A stretch of DNA of 64,000 nucleotides, from positions 889,278 through 953,277 of the forward strand of contig NMRA01000002.1 of assembly GCA_002633005.1 (NCBI GenBank), written 5' to 3'. The notes under the pieces are model-generated. The model saw only the letters and a list, made by a program, of their open reading frames with translations. It did not search any database and had not been told where the DNA came from. This document shows, piece by piece, positions 63,075-64,000 of the stretch (position 1 is the stretch's first letter; every line of letters begins with the position of its first letter). The position numbers and the translations under genes were made by a program. The DNA comes from Phoronis australis. Taxonomy: Eukaryota; Animalia; Phoronida.

Positions 63075-63270
63075 TGTCATCGTCGTCATCATCTTCATCT
63101 TTACCATTATTGTCATAACCGTCATGACTATCATCATCATCACTGACGTCAGTGATCTTCAATCAGTATCACCATCGTCATCATTAACTTCATGACAACC
63201 ATCACGTCTTCATCATCACCATCAACAGCGTCGTCGGCTTCGTTGTTGCCATCATCGCTGTCAGCATCAC
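63075..63270. repeat. Degenerate (CAT)n trinucleotide repeat
   Basis: CATCGTCGTCATCATCTTCATC-type periodic sequence. Confidence 0.75.
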
Positions 63271-64000
63271 AAAAACATGCATATATACATATACACTGTA
63301 CTTTATACGTTGTTCACAAATTGCTTTAGTCTTTTAACCGTTGAAATATTTGAAACTACAAAACTTGATAAAATGCACTGATTTCATGAAACTGCCATCA
63401 GGTGATGATGTAATAACATAATTTCTAAAGTGTACTTATGTATATACTCAAACATCAGGTCTATTTGGAATGGCGTCAAAAATGCAATGTATATCTTGAA
63501 TCTTAAGTGAAAAGTATGTATTCCAACAAAACAATTTCATCTTCAAGTCGCTTTTGGATTTGTTGAAGTGTTTTCTTTACACCTTGCTGCAGCAAATCAA
63601 TTGATTCATTCACGCTTATGACAGATAACTATACTGAAACCTGGCGCATGCGTAAAAGTGAAGCTCTGGCAAGCGTTCACTTAATATACCTCGCAAAGTT
63701 AGTATATAAAGTATCTGAAAAGAGCGAGCACTTAGAAAGAGGGTTTGTCTTAATGAGAAAGAGAAAGGAAGAAATGATTTTCTATGACAGCAGATAGCGT
63801 CCTCAATATTGAAGAACAGTTGGTTAGTCACTGGTTCTGACGAACGTAAGTTTATTCCTAAAAACCATAGGAAACATTTTCTTTGTTCGCGAAAGTTTGG
63901 TCCTTCCAGTTTTTACGTTACCGTAGTAGTTTCTGCCAACAAAATGCGATATTCTATGATTTAACTAAATGAGAAAACTTGTAGTACATTTCCAAAATCT

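Noticed and set aside
62989-63195. Hydrophobic ORF resembling a membrane protein
   Set aside because: Translation of the degenerate (CAT)n repeat.

Overview
AT-rich animal genomic DNA from a fragmented, heterozygous scaffold. It has three N-gaps and five single-N joins, and sequence at these joins is repeated elsewhere in the window; it is probably a marine invertebrate bilaterian (inference). Four intact-looking genes are present, each with a single coding exon: an allatostatin-A/galanin-family GPCR (13429-14451, +) and three tandem minus-strand secreted astacin metalloprotease-ShK genes (27370-28389, 38228-39238, 44169-45095). A fourth, dead astacin-ShK paralog appears twice (21339-21938, 22376-23275). 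The rest is non-autonomous mobile DNA: two TTAA-targeting Kolobok-like families, a Helentron/DINE-1-like element, several MITEs, THAP and C2H2 zinc-finger relics, and a Penelope-like insertion forming an 88-bp hairpin with a minimal hammerhead ribozyme on each strand. Because apparent haplotype pairs are co-assembled, filled and empty insertion sites can be compared directly. I see no clearly new multi-gene system. The best leads are the intronless, mosaic astacin-ShK cluster, the hammerhead hairpin, and a deleted Kolobok keeping only the first exons of its two convergent genes. All calls come from reading the sequence; no searches were run.
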